DNA from: a virus
Lineage: Duplodnaviria; Caudoviricetes
Reading direction: 5' to 3' (one strand)
IMG/VR virus record: IMGVR_UViG_3300046779_000072
Span: 1 to 30,250 of that record
DNA: 30,250 bases
The position numbers and the translations under genes were made by a program. How positions within the stretch are numbered: the stretch's first letter is position 1; every line of letters starts with the position of its first letter. Under the pieces are notes generated by a model that had not been told where the DNA came from, did no database searches, and saw only the letters and a list, made by a program, of their open reading frames with translations. Shown here piece after piece: positions 18,025-26,006 of the stretch.

Positions 18025-20424
18025 ATGTCAGTTATTCAAAATAACTTACTTTTAACAGGCGGTGAAGAGGGCTACAACCTCACCCGCTCGCTGCGGTTTA
18101 GGTCTAGTGCGTCTGCGTCATTAAGTCGCACTCCTGCTAGTGCTGGCAATCGTCAAAAATGGACATGGAGCGGTTGGATTAAGCGTGGTGCTTTGGGTAC
18201 AAATAATTGTTTTTTTTCACAAGGAAACAACATATTTGTTGCACGGTTTAATAACAACACGGACGTTTTAGAAGTTTATGATGTAACAGGTGGTCCTTAT
18301 CAATTACAGCTTATTACATCCCAAGTATTTCGTGATCCTTCTGCTTGGTATCATCTTGTTATTGCAACTGATACAACACAAGCAACAGCATCAAACAGAG
18401 TAAAAATATACCTAAACGGAACACAAATTACTGCGTTCAGTACAGCTACTTATTACAGTCAAAACTATAATACAGAAGTTAATACAACAGATGTAACAAA
18501 CATTGGTGCATTGGCATTTGTTGGTCAATATTTTGATGGTTACTTAACCGAAATAAACTTTGCAGATGGTTCACAACTCACCCCATCCTCATTCGGCGAA
18601 ACAGACCTAACAACCGGAGTATGGAAGCCTAAACGCTACGCTGGCACATACGGTACAAACGGATTCTATCTACCGTTTACCGACAACTCTGCGCTTACAA
18701 CAAGTTCTAACGCAGGATTAGGCAAAGACTTTAGCGGTAACGGTAACTATTGGACAACGAACAACATCAGCATTACGAGTGGCGTTACATACGACTCAAT
18801 GACCGATGTGCCTACGCTGACAAGTGCTACGGCGGCTAACTTTGCTGTGTTGAATCCGTTAGATAAAACCAATGGCAGCGTGGCAAACGGTAACTTGCAG
18901 TTTACTTACACAAGTACATCACAAGGCGCAAGCGTTAGGTCTGCTGTTGGTATGACTAGCGGGAAATGGTATTGCGAAGTCACTCTGTCAAGTTATGGCG
19001 GCAATAATCCAATGGTAGGAATTATTGGGATTGGCGAAAACTTAGGCTCTACCGTTGATTCTTACGTTGGCAAATATGCTACTGGCTACGCTTACATTCT
19101 AGGTAACGGCGGTGGAATATCTGGTCATAAAATCAACAATACAAGTTCTTCTGCTTACGGCGCATCCACAACAACGGGTGATGTTATTGGTTTGGCATTT
19201 GACGCTGACGCTAGAACCATTACGTTTTATAAAAACAACGTAAGCCAAGGAACGGCGTTTTCTAGCATACCCGCCGGAACATATTGCTTTGCTGTTTCCT
19301 CTTTGTTCAGTACGGTGTTAGATGCTAACTTCGGTCAACGCCCATTTGCCTACACACCCCCAACAGGCTATGTAGCGCTTAACACATACAACTTGCCGAC
19401 TAGCACTATTGTCAAAGGCAATACGGTGATGGATGCTACGACCTATACGGGTACGGGAAGCACACAAAGTATTGTCAACGCAGCAGGATTTAAGCCTGAC
19501 CTAGTGTGGGGTAAATCACGAAGCAACACGGTAAGTCATTGTTTGGTTGACTCTGTGCGTGGGGTATCTAAGGCGTTGTTTAGCAACCTTACAAACGCAG
19601 AAGATAACTCGCCAAATTATTACGTCACAAGTTTTAACTCAAACGGGTTTGGGCTTAATTTAGGTATTGGCTTAAACGAAAGTGGCTACACCTATACGGC
19701 TTGGCAATGGCAAGCAGGACAAGGCACAACATCAACCAACACAAACGGCACAATCACATCGACTGTAAGCGTTAATGCTAGTGCTGGGTTTAGCGTGGTG
19801 ACGTATACGGGTACGGGTGCTAATGCTACTGTCGGGCATGGGCTGGGTGTTGCGCCTAGTTTTATTGTTGTTAAATGCCGCAATACAGCCGGTGAAAACT
19901 GGCAAGTTTACTCATCATCATTAACAAGTGCGGCTTATCGTTTGCGGTTAAATACAACAGACGCTCAAGATTCGCAGCCAACAATGTGGAATAGCACCGC
20001 ACCAACATCATCCGTGTTTAGTGTTGGTACGGCAACTGGCACTAATGCAAGCACACAAACCTATGTCGCCTACTGCTTCGCCCCCATAGCAGGATACTCA
20101 GCGTTTGGTAGCTATGCTGGTAACGGCAGCACAGACGGTCCGTTTGTGTATCTTGGGTTTAGACCAAAGTTCATACTAGCAAAGAAAATAAGTAGTTCCG
20201 GTGATTGGAATATTTTAGATGGTCAAAGAGACCCATATAATGCCGTTGGGACGTACTTGAATCCAAACTTAAGTGCGGCGGAAGGCGCAAATGCGTCAAC
20301 GCTTGATTTCACAGCCAACGGTTTTAAACTTAGACAATCATACGGCAACTGGAATACAGCAGGTGAGACATATATTTACGCCTGTTTTGCCGAAAACCCC
20401 TTTAAGAATTCCCTTGCGAGGTAG
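18025..20424 (+). CDS. Receptor-binding / tail fibre protein with LamG (ConA-like) and SPRY/B30.2 domains
   Basis: WTWSGWIKR...WYHLV...KIYLNG (LamG-like); GKWYCEV...GDVIGLAFD...FYKN...NFGQ.PF (SPRY); C-terminal YTGTG/Y.GNG repeated modules. Confidence 0.8.
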   Translation: MSVIQNNLLLTGGEEGYNLTRSLRFRSSASASLSRTPASAGNRQKWTWSGWIKRGALGTNNCFFSQGNNIFVARFNNNTDVLEVYDVTGGPYQLQLITSQVFRDPSAWYHLVIATDTTQATASNRVKIYLNGTQITAFSTATYYSQNYNTEVNTTDVTNIGALAFVGQYFDGYLTEINFADGSQLTPSSFGETDLTTGVWKPKRYAGTYGTNGFYLPFTDNSALTTSSNAGLGKDFSGNGNYWTTNNISITSGVTYDSMTDVPTLTSATAANFAVLNPLDKTNGSVANGNLQFTYTSTSQGASVRSAVGMTSGKWYCEVTLSSYGGNNPMVGIIGIGENLGSTVDSYVGKYATGYAYILGNGGGISGHKINNTSSSAYGASTTTGDVIGLAFDADARTITFYKNNVSQGTAFSSIPAGTYCFAVSSLFSTVLDANFGQRPFAYTPPTGYVALNTYNLPTSTIVKGNTVMDATTYTGTGSTQSIVNAAGFKPDLVWGKSRSNTVSHCLVDSVRGVSKALFSNLTNAEDNSPNYYVTSFNSNGFGLNLGIGLNESGYTYTAWQWQAGQGTTSTNTNGTITSTVSVNASAGFSVVTYTGTGANATVGHGLGVAPSFIVVKCRNTAGENWQVYSSSLTSAAYRLRLNTTDAQDSQPTMWNSTAPTSSVFSVGTATGTNASTQTYVAYCFAPIAGYSAFGSYAGNGSTDGPFVYLGFRPKFILAKKISSSGDWNILDGQRDPYNAVGTYLNPNLSAAEGANASTLDFTANGFKLRQSYGNWNTAGETYIYACFAENPFKNSLAR

Positions 20425-20426
20425 TT

Positions 20427-20960
20427 ATGTTTGCAATTATCAAATCAAACCAATTCGTACAATTCCTGCCTGAAGGCACGCCATTCAATCTAGACGGTGT
20501 CCAGTATCCACAAAACTGGTTAAACCTGTCTACACCACAGGAAAAGGCTCGCTTAGGCATCGTGGACGTAGTTTACGGACAGCGTGCAGATGACCGCTAC
20601 TATTGGGTATCTGAGGACGCTCCGGTAGTAGAAGGCGGTGTGGTTAAGGTTAACTACACCAACACGCCAAAAGACCTGTTTGAGTGCCAAAATCAAGCCG
20701 TAAGCGCTGTAAACGCAGCAGCCTATAGCATCCTATTGCCTAGCGATTGGATGGTCGTAAAGGCTATGGAAACAGGCGTAGCGGTCGAGGTTAATTGGGC
20801 GGCATGGCGGCAGGAAATCCGTGACCAAGCTGCGGCTCAGGTATCGGCTATTACCGCCTGTGCGGACGTAGCGGCTTTGGCGGCTCTGCCTAGTGTTGAG
20901 TGGGCACATGACCCTAATTGGGTAGCTCCAACAGAAGTTCAACAAGTTAACCCTCTGTAA
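20427..20960 (+). CDS. Tail fibre assembly chaperone-like protein
   Basis: Follows the fibre gene. YP.NWL and L..SDW.V...W..WRQ.IR motifs typical of Tfa-like chaperones. Confidence 0.65.
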   Translation: MFAIIKSNQFVQFLPEGTPFNLDGVQYPQNWLNLSTPQEKARLGIVDVVYGQRADDRYYWVSEDAPVVEGGVVKVNYTNTPKDLFECQNQAVSAVNAAAYSILLPSDWMVVKAMETGVAVEVNWAAWRQEIRDQAAAQVSAITACADVAALAALPSVEWAHDPNWVAPTEVQQVNPL

Positions 20961-20968
20961 CAAGTTTA

Positions 20969-20977
20969 TGGTATAAA
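20969..20977 (+). promoter_or_regulatory. Possible extended -10 element (TGnTATAAA)
   Basis: TG-G-TATAAA in the only sizeable gap between the tail and lysis regions. No good -35 seen. Confidence 0.25.
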
Positions 20978-20978
20978 T

Positions 20979-21001
20979 ACCCGCTACGGCGGGTTTTTCT
21001 T
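20979..21001 (+). terminator. Rho-independent terminator after the tail module
   Basis: ACCCGC-TACG-GCGGGT stem-loop (UNCG tetraloop) followed by TTTTCTT. Confidence 0.85.
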
Positions 21002-21012
21002 GCGAGCTAACA

Positions 21013-21237
21013 ATGGAAGACGTTACACACAGAGAGATATATGACCGCCTAGTGGCTGTTGAGAGTAAAGTAGATAAGTTAAGTGAAAGCACGACAGAAG
21101 TGGTAAGCGCCTTTGCTGCGGCGAAGGGTGCGTTTCTAGTTCTTGAGTGGATTGCTAAAGTTGCTAAACCTATCCTTTGGGTAGCAGGTCTAGGAACGCT
21201 AATAGTGGCTGCTTACGAACGATTCAAACCACACTAG
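21013..21237 (+). CDS. Small coiled-coil protein with hydrophobic C-terminus (holin/antiholin-like)
   Basis: IYDRLVAVESKVDKL coiled coil followed by hydrophobic PILWVAGLGTLIVAAY. Confidence 0.6.
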   Translation: MEDVTHREIYDRLVAVESKVDKLSESTTEVVSAFAAAKGAFLVLEWIAKVAKPILWVAGLGTLIVAAYERFKPH

Positions 21238-21245
21238 GATAACTT

Positions 21246-21488
21246 ATGAAAAGCCCCAAGCTCGTGATAGTTAGATGGATAGACGCATACCACTTAGACG
21301 GATGGATGTTTGGGGAGAATACAGAGATAACGGCAGAGCCTTGTTGGTCTACGGGATTTCTAGTTAAGCAGAATAAGAAAGGCGTAATGCTTGCACAGAC
21401 TTGGTTTCCCGAGGATTGCGCTAACCTTATCTTCATTCCGCACGGGATGATTGAAAAGATTACCGAGCTAGGTGATCTAAAAACTTGA
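21246..21488 (+). CDS. Hypothetical protein (V.W.DA motif)
   Basis: AGGA SD; LVIVRWIDA...C.STGFL...IP.GMI pattern, a small beta-rich phage protein. Confidence 0.75.
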   Translation: MKSPKLVIVRWIDAYHLDGWMFGENTEITAEPCWSTGFLVKQNKKGVMLAQTWFPEDCANLIFIPHGMIEKITELGDLKT

Positions 21489-21495
21489 GGGCTAT

Positions 21496-22536
21496 ATGCC
21501 AACACCACCGTTAAGCGACAAGCTACTTGTAGAATCTTGGAACGCATTTGTAGATGCGGGGAATAAACGAGCAGCCGCAGATGCGCTAGGTATTCCTGTT
21601 ACAACGCTTAAACACAGGCTTATGTTGTACCAAAATATGTTTGGTGATCGTGCGCCTGTTAAGACAGAGTTCACCGTTACCCCATTGCCTGACGATGACA
21701 TAGATGTAGATGAGTTGGTCGAGCATCGTATTAAGCAATTTACCAAGAAAAAGCGACACCAAGAGGCTACTAAGCTAATTCCGGTCAAGGTCAACATACC
21801 TGGCACTATCGGCATCCTCCACTTTGGAGACCCTCATGTTGACGATGACGGTACAGACCTAGCCGCCATACGAGAGCACGGTGATCTAACGCACCAAGAG
21901 GGCATTTGGGGCGCTAACGTAGGCGATACCACTAATAACTGGGTAGGACGCTTGGCAAGGCTTTATGCCCACCAAAGCACATCCGCAGATCAGGCGTGGA
22001 AACTAGCCGAGTGGTTCATTCAGCGCACGAGATGGCTGTATATGATTGGTGGCAACCATGACGCATGGTCAGGCTCTAGCGACCCGATTAAGTGGATTAG
22101 CAGACAATCTAATACCCTGTATCAGTCAAGCGAGTGTCGTATCGGTCTGCGCTTTCCTAACAAGCGGGAAATTATCGTTAATGCTCGACATGACTTTGCC
22201 GGACATTCACAATGGAATCCTGCCCACGGACAGATGAAAGCAGCGCAGATGGGCTTGCGTGACCACATTATGATCTCAGGGCATAAACACACATCGGGCT
22301 ACGGTATCGTGAAAGACCCAGGCACGGGTCGGGTCTGCCATGCGATCCAAGTCGCAAGCTATAAGATTTTCGACAGTTACGCAAAAGAGCGTGGGTTTAG
22401 GGATCAGTCCTTATCCCCTGCTTGTATGACAGTTATTAACCCTGATCTGCCTCAAGAGCACCCCGACATGGTTAAAGTGTTTTGGGACCCGTTCGAGGGC
22501 GCAGAATTCGTTAAGTGGAAGCGTAAGAAAAAATGA
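21496..22536 (+). CDS. Calcineurin-like metallophosphoesterase with N-terminal HTH
   Basis: All five metal-binding motifs are present: GDPH, VGD, GNHD, RH, GHKH. N-terminal AAADALGIPVTTLKHRL is helix-turn-helix-like. Confidence 0.85.
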   Translation: MPTPPLSDKLLVESWNAFVDAGNKRAAADALGIPVTTLKHRLMLYQNMFGDRAPVKTEFTVTPLPDDDIDVDELVEHRIKQFTKKKRHQEATKLIPVKVNIPGTIGILHFGDPHVDDDGTDLAAIREHGDLTHQEGIWGANVGDTTNNWVGRLARLYAHQSTSADQAWKLAEWFIQRTRWLYMIGGNHDAWSGSSDPIKWISRQSNTLYQSSECRIGLRFPNKREIIVNARHDFAGHSQWNPAHGQMKAAQMGLRDHIMISGHKHTSGYGIVKDPGTGRVCHAIQVASYKIFDSYAKERGFRDQSLSPACMTVINPDLPQEHPDMVKVFWDPFEGAEFVKWKRKKK

Positions 22537-23033
22537 GCTTTGACATAGCTATCGAGCGAGTCTTGGGGCACGAGGGTGGATACGCCAATATCAAGGAAGA
22601 TTTGGGCGGTGAGACCAATTGGGGCATAACTATCGGTACAGCACGGGCTAATGGTTTTCATGGGGACATGAAGACCATGAACCGGAACGAGGCAATAGTT
22701 ATCTACAAGCGTGCCTTTTGGGATGCAAACCGTTGTGGCGAGGTGCCATTTCCTATTGCTTTCCAGTTCTTCGATGGTTGTGTGAACCACGGCGCAGGAA
22801 ATGCCGCTAAATGGCTTCAGAAAGCCGTAGGAGCGATTCCTGACGGTCAGGTAGGTAATGAGACCATTTCCAAAACAAACGCCTCTAATGTCACGAGAAC
22901 AGTTTTTAAAATGATGGCAGACCGCCTAAACTTTTACACGGTTAACAGCACATGGGATCATTTCGGGAAAGGTTGGATTAACCGGATGGCAGGAAATGCA
23001 AGATACGCCTCAATCGACATTACCGGATACTGA
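22533..23033 (+). CDS. Endolysin, glycoside hydrolase family 108 with C-terminal peptidoglycan-binding domain
   Basis: HEGGY catalytic motif, D.GGETNWGIT, FD..VNHG, DG..G..T and FGKGW.NR. Confidence 0.92.
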   Translation: MSFDIAIERVLGHEGGYANIKEDLGGETNWGITIGTARANGFHGDMKTMNRNEAIVIYKRAFWDANRCGEVPFPIAFQFFDGCVNHGAGNAAKWLQKAVGAIPDGQVGNETISKTNASNVTRTVFKMMADRLNFYTVNSTWDHFGKGWINRMAGNARYASIDITGY

Positions 23034-23235
23034 CCGCTGGCGCAATCGGCGCAAGATGGCTTGGCTATCCATGTTAGGCGGGTTAGCCTTTCCCTTGCTT
23101 ATTTTGGCTACGGAATCGGCTACATTGGGGCAGATTGCTCTACCGTTCTACGGGTTTGTGGGGGCGGTAGTAGCGGCTTATATAGGCTTTGCGACATACG
23201 ATGACATACATATTAAACCTGCTAACAAACCTTAA
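22996..23235 (+). CDS. Putative holin (two transmembrane segments)
   Basis: Basic RW.NRRKMAW followed by two hydrophobic segments ending AYIGFATYDD. Lies between endolysin and spanin. Confidence 0.65.
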   Translation: MQDTPQSTLPDTDRWRNRRKMAWLSMLGGLAFPLLILATESATLGQIALPFYGFVGAVVAAYIGFATYDDIHIKPANKP

Positions 23236-23710
23236 CAGTACGGTAGTAGCTGTTTTATTGTCTTTTGCTCTAGGATCGGCTTCAGGATGGTATCTGACCG
23301 CAGAGTATAAGAACAATAAACACGAGGCAATTGTAAATAAGTTGCAAGTAGAGGCTAATATTGCACTGCGTCAAGCCACTGAGCAACTCATTGAAATTGA
23401 ACGAAAAAATGCAAAATTAGCGCAGGATATAGAGGTGATTCATGTTGAAAATCGTAAAAAGCTCGATGACCTATTTGTTGATAATCTCAGGCTTGCTAGT
23501 GAGTATGCAGGGTTGTACGACCGTTACGCCACCAATAGTTGCTCCGTGTCCGGCAAACCCGATTCCTCCGGCAATCCTAACAACGCCACCTCCGGCGCAA
23601 GACTTTCAGATCAAGCTGCGGGATTTCTTCTTAACGAGTCCCGCAGGGCAGACGAGGCAGCCGCTTACGCAGCCGCCTGCTACGAATGGGTCAAGAAACT
23701 AACGAAGTAG
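23201..23710 (+). CDS. Rz: Inner-membrane spanin (Rz-like)
   Basis: One N-terminal TM (VVAVLLSFALGSASGW), periplasmic coiled coil and C-terminal RADE.......C. Contains an embedded lipoprotein ORF. Start is uncertain (ATG 23201 chosen). Confidence 0.8.
   Translation: MTYILNLLTNLNSTVVAVLLSFALGSASGWYLTAEYKNNKHEAIVNKLQVEANIALRQATEQLIEIERKNAKLAQDIEVIHVENRKKLDDLFVDNLRLASEYAGLYDRYATNSCSVSGKPDSSGNPNNATSGARLSDQAAGFLLNESRRADEAAAYAAACYEWVKKLTK
23442..23702 (+). CDS. Rz1: Outer-membrane spanin lipoprotein (Rz1-like), embedded in Rz
   Basis: Strong GAGGTGA SD, basic N-terminus, hydrophobic stretch, lipobox-like MQGC, then Pro-rich mature part with a second Cys. In the +1 frame inside Rz. Confidence 0.8.
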   Translation: MLKIVKSSMTYLLIISGLLVSMQGCTTVTPPIVAPCPANPIPPAILTTPPPAQDFQIKLRDFFLTSPAGQTRQPLTQPPATNGSRN

Positions 23711-23861
23711 TCCTAGCTGACAACGCCTGAATCTTCTGCCATTTAGAGATAATCTGCGGGTCTTCACTCGCAGGAACCCATCCTAGCTCCCGCCAACGCT
23801 TTGTAATACACGTACCTACAGGTGTGTACACAAACTCAGGGTTTAGTATTTTCGCTTCCAT
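23691..23861 (-). CDS. Small hypothetical protein (56 aa)
   Basis: Read manually: MEAKILNPEFVYTPVGTCITKRWRELGWVPASEDPQIISKWQKIQALSARTTSLVS*. GGAGAG SD-like sequence upstream; fills the gap. Below the ORF-track cutoff. Confidence 0.65.
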   Translation of the reverse strand: MEAKILNPEFVYTPVGTCITKRWRELGWVPASEDPQIISKWQKIQALSARTTSLVS

Positions 23862-24216
23862 CGTGCTCTCCTAGTTTCTTGGCTAGTCTGCGGTGTGCTT
23901 CTTCCAAGTTGGTTGTAAACTTTTTGGGTGACATTCTTACAAAGTGTGCCACATGGTTTATGTTGTGGTACGGAAAACTAATATATCGTGCCTTTATAAC
24001 GGTACGCAAATCCGTACGCAAGTTGCATACCGCTTCTTCTACAACTTCAGCATCCAGCTCGTCTAGTTCTATCTTATCCTCTACCTCCTCGTCCCATACC
24101 GCTCCCGTCTCGGGGATATACATACGCTCGGCTGATCTGCAATGGTTATCCGGCTGCGGTCCTGTTTGACCCTGCATAGCAAACGACCAGTTAACAAGAC
24201 GGTCTCGTAGGCTCAT
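23836..24216 (-). CDS. Putative late-gene regulator (antiterminator Q / sigma region-4-like)
   Basis: RL.NW N-terminus, DA..VE.AV..L......I..RY and a C-terminal HTH-like segment. Lies at the end of a Nin-like region, as Q does in lambdoid phages. Confidence 0.5.
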   Translation of the reverse strand: MSLRDRLVNWSFAMQGQTGPQPDNHCRSAERMYIPETGAVWDEEVEDKIELDELDAEVVEEAVCNLRTDLRTVIKARYISFPYHNINHVAHFVRMSPKKFTTNLEEAHRRLAKKLGEHDGSENTKP

Positions 24217-24506
24217 ACCTTTATATTCCCTGATTCAAATAACCAAGCGATAGTGCGATTGTGTGCATTTTGCCACATTTGTTTACGTTCGTCTTTAGTC
24301 ATATCTTTGCCTTGGTCTAGCGCCATATGGCATCTAAAGCACAAGGCTGCTATTTTGTAATCATGAGCCTTAATCCCCATGCCTTTCCCATCCTCTGCCC
24401 AATTACTATGCGCAGCGCAACAAGTCCCGTCCTCTGCTCCGCAATGCTGACAGGGTGACTGTCTGACAACCTCAAGCAGTTTCTTGTTTCGATAGTTTCC
24501 ACGCAC
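24213..24506 (-). CDS. Zn-binding HNH-like putative nuclease (DUF1364/DUF968-like)
   Basis: C..C, AAH.N, GKGMGIK..D and LC..CH...D motifs. Confidence 0.7.
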   Translation of the reverse strand: MRGNYRNKKLLEVVRQSPCQHCGAEDGTCCAAHSNWAEDGKGMGIKAHDYKIAALCFRCHMALDQGKDMTKDERKQMWQNAHNRTIAWLFESGNIKV

Positions 24507-24672
24507 GGTACACAGCTCCCTCTAGTATGTCTGCGGCTTGATCGCCACGTTTAGCCCTAATCCTACCAAGATACGCATTGCGAGTCTTTTTGTCCTTTAG
24601 GCTTAATACATGGCGTGCCTCGCACTCTAGCCGCCAAGCCTCAGACCAAGTATCTATAGGTGCGTCATCCAT
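24472..24672 (-). CDS. Hypothetical protein
   Basis: 66-aa ORF that tiles with its neighbours; SE.WR.ECEAR motif. Confidence 0.65.
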   Translation of the reverse strand: MDDAPIDTWSEAWRLECEARHVLSLKDKKTRNAYLGRIRAKRGDQAADILEGAVYRAWKLSKQETA

Positions 24673-24983
24673 TCGGAGGCTATATCCCTGCGTGGTGTAA
24701 ACGGCTGTTTAGCGGCTAGTAGTCTCTCCCTGCGGCGTTCTGTAGCGTACTTAACAGGCGGCTTTTCAGCGTCTATCTTGTTACCCGCTGCATACCAAGG
24801 TCGCAAGCAATTACGCTTATCCGGTCTGTACTCTGCTATATGGATAAGTCTAGACTTGTACAAGCTGCGCAAAATGTCCTGTATGTGTCCAGGCGCTAAA
24901 TCAAAGTGTTTTGATATAGTCTCTGAGTTAACAGTACCACGCTCATTGATAATCTTGAGCACCATTGAGTTAGTCGTATTCAT
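24654..24983 (-). CDS. Winged-helix-like DNA-binding protein
   Basis: Start reassigned to ATG 24983 (ATGA overlap with the upstream small gene). VLKII.ERG.V...ISKHF.L....I..IL..L....LIHI pattern. Confidence 0.6.
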   Translation of the reverse strand: MNTTNSMVLKIINERGTVNSETISKHFDLAPGHIQDILRSLYKSRLIHIAEYRPDKRNCLRPWYAAGNKIDAEKPPVKYATERRRERLLAAKQPFTPRRDIASEWMTHL

Positions 24984-25126
24984 AGGCAGGTAGTCATACA
25001 TCCGGTAGTTGTGCAGCAAGTTGTACAAACGGTTACCTTTGTCCCAGTTACAAAAGTAGACGAAAAGCAGCGAGCGTAGGCTGTTGTGGTGCTTGCGATA
25101 AGTAGGATTGCTAGTATTGTTTTCAT
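24980..25126 (-). CDS. Secreted Cys-rich peptide (48 aa: signal peptide plus 6 Cys)
   Basis: Read manually: MKTILAILLIASTTTAYA-RCFSSTFVTGTKVTVCTTCCTTTGCMTTCL*. TAATG coupling to ninB upstream and ATGA coupling downstream; AAGGAAGAG precedes the ATG. Confidence 0.8.
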   Translation of the reverse strand: MKTILAILLIASTTTAYARCFSSTFVTGTKVTVCTTCCTTTGCMTTCL

Positions 25127-25485
25127 TACTCTTCCTTGTGTAAGTGATAAAACTGCATAACATTTTCTATGTACTCGCTAAACTGCTCTTTCGTAAGCTC
25201 TGCCGTACTAGGCTCGGCTTCCACGATATGCCCGTAAGGTAGCTCAATAATGCGCCCAGGCAGGAATCTTTCCTTGAAATACTTATGCCAAACCATCGGT
25301 AAATACTGCTTACCGTCAATCTTTACCCTGTCTGACAGGTCGTGCAAGGTAGCCCAATACAAAGCATTTTGATCCTTTGTACGGCTAGGCTCTCGTATCT
25401 CTACTACCCATCCATCGGGTGATATGTCTATAATGTGCTTAACCCTAGACCTGTCTTGGGTAAGGGTAAACTTTACTCTCTCCAC
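25126..25485 (-). CDS. ninB: NinB/Orf-family recombination protein
   Basis: V.I.E..RT..QNALYWA.L..LS, W...FK and ST.ELT...FS.YIE motifs. Confidence 0.8.
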   Translation of the reverse strand: MERVKFTLTQDRSRVKHIIDISPDGWVVEIREPSRTKDQNALYWATLHDLSDRVKIDGKQYLPMVWHKYFKERFLPGRIIELPYGHIVEAEPSTAELTKEQFSEYIENVMQFYHLHKEE

Positions 25486-25694
25486 TTTGCTTTCCCCACC
25501 ATCTCGCCATCTTCACGGATAAATTTCGCCAAAGGTTTTTCGCATCTGTGCTCTTTTATCATCTTTGCCTGATACTCAGGTGTGCAGTCAGCGCAAATAT
25601 GCGAGCTACCTGGATAACTCTGCCTAGCTGCTGCTCTCCATAGGTTGTATTGCTCCAAGCTATCAAAGCACAACGGGTGCGTATTCTTAATCAT
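25473..25694 (-). CDS. Hypothetical Cys-containing protein
   Basis: 73 aa; P.CF....Y..W and C.DCTPEY...M....RC. Tiles with its neighbours. Confidence 0.65.
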   Translation of the reverse strand: MIKNTHPLCFDSLEQYNLWRAAARQSYPGSSHICADCTPEYQAKMIKEHRCEKPLAKFIREDGEMVGKAKWRE

Positions 25695-25824
25695 CTGTCT
25701 CGCCTAATGCTACAGCTATTTCTGCAAACAGTTCTTGTGGATATTCAAGCTCAAATTCATCACATAGAATTACGATAAATTGTCGGCATCCGTCTAATAG
25801 GTCCTGCATTTCCGTAATTCTCAT
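25687..25824 (-). CDS. Small acidic hypothetical protein (45 aa)
   Basis: Read manually: MRITEMQDLLDGCRQFIVILCDEFELEYPQELFAEIAVALGETDD*. ATGA overlap with the upstream gene; fills the gap exactly. Confidence 0.6.
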   Translation of the reverse strand: MRITEMQDLLDGCRQFIVILCDEFELEYPQELFAEIAVALGETDD

Positions 25825-26006
25825 CTCAACTTATCTCCCTTTTGGCAGCGGTCGTTAAACTCGCACTCCCTAGGGCTGATACAGTTTGCACACACTTCGT
25901 CAGAATCACGGATGGACTGCAAAACCATGATAGCTGCCTTAATGTCTAGTTTGCTACCTGTTTGCAGGAATTCCAAAGCTGTCTTTATTTTGTCTGCTTT
26001 GTCCAT
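25821..26006 (-). CDS. Hypothetical protein with C-terminal Cys cluster
   Basis: GAGGA SD; C..C.....C.....C pattern. Confidence 0.6.
   Translation of the reverse strand: MDKADKIKTALEFLQTGSKLDIKAAIMVLQSIRDSDEVCANCISPRECEFNDRCQKGDKLR

Noticed and set aside
16320-20960. Diversity-generating retroelement or invertible tail-fibre cassette
   Set aside because: I saw no reverse transcriptase, no invertase, no long template/variable repeat pair and no inverted fibre fragments in the window.
1254-22237. Alternative-frame + strand ORFs inside structural genes (e.g. 4171-4395, 12240-12680, 12717-13082)
   Set aside because: They are Arg/Cys/Leu-rich off-frame translations with no support. Only 23442-23702 has SD, lipobox and context evidence.
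497-22790. Many minus-strand ORFs opposite the late genes (e.g. 1478-1870, 4213-4551, 6483-6989, 9062-9403, 16445-16762, 21492-21815)
   Set aside because: They are antisense shadows of well-supported + strand genes and show no recognisable motifs or operon context.
24984-25163. Long N-terminal extension of the 24654-25163 ORF (similar extensions at 1568, 23189, 26431, 27044, 27289)
   Set aside because: The extensions overlap better-supported genes, and most of the downstream starts have an SD or a stop/start overlap.
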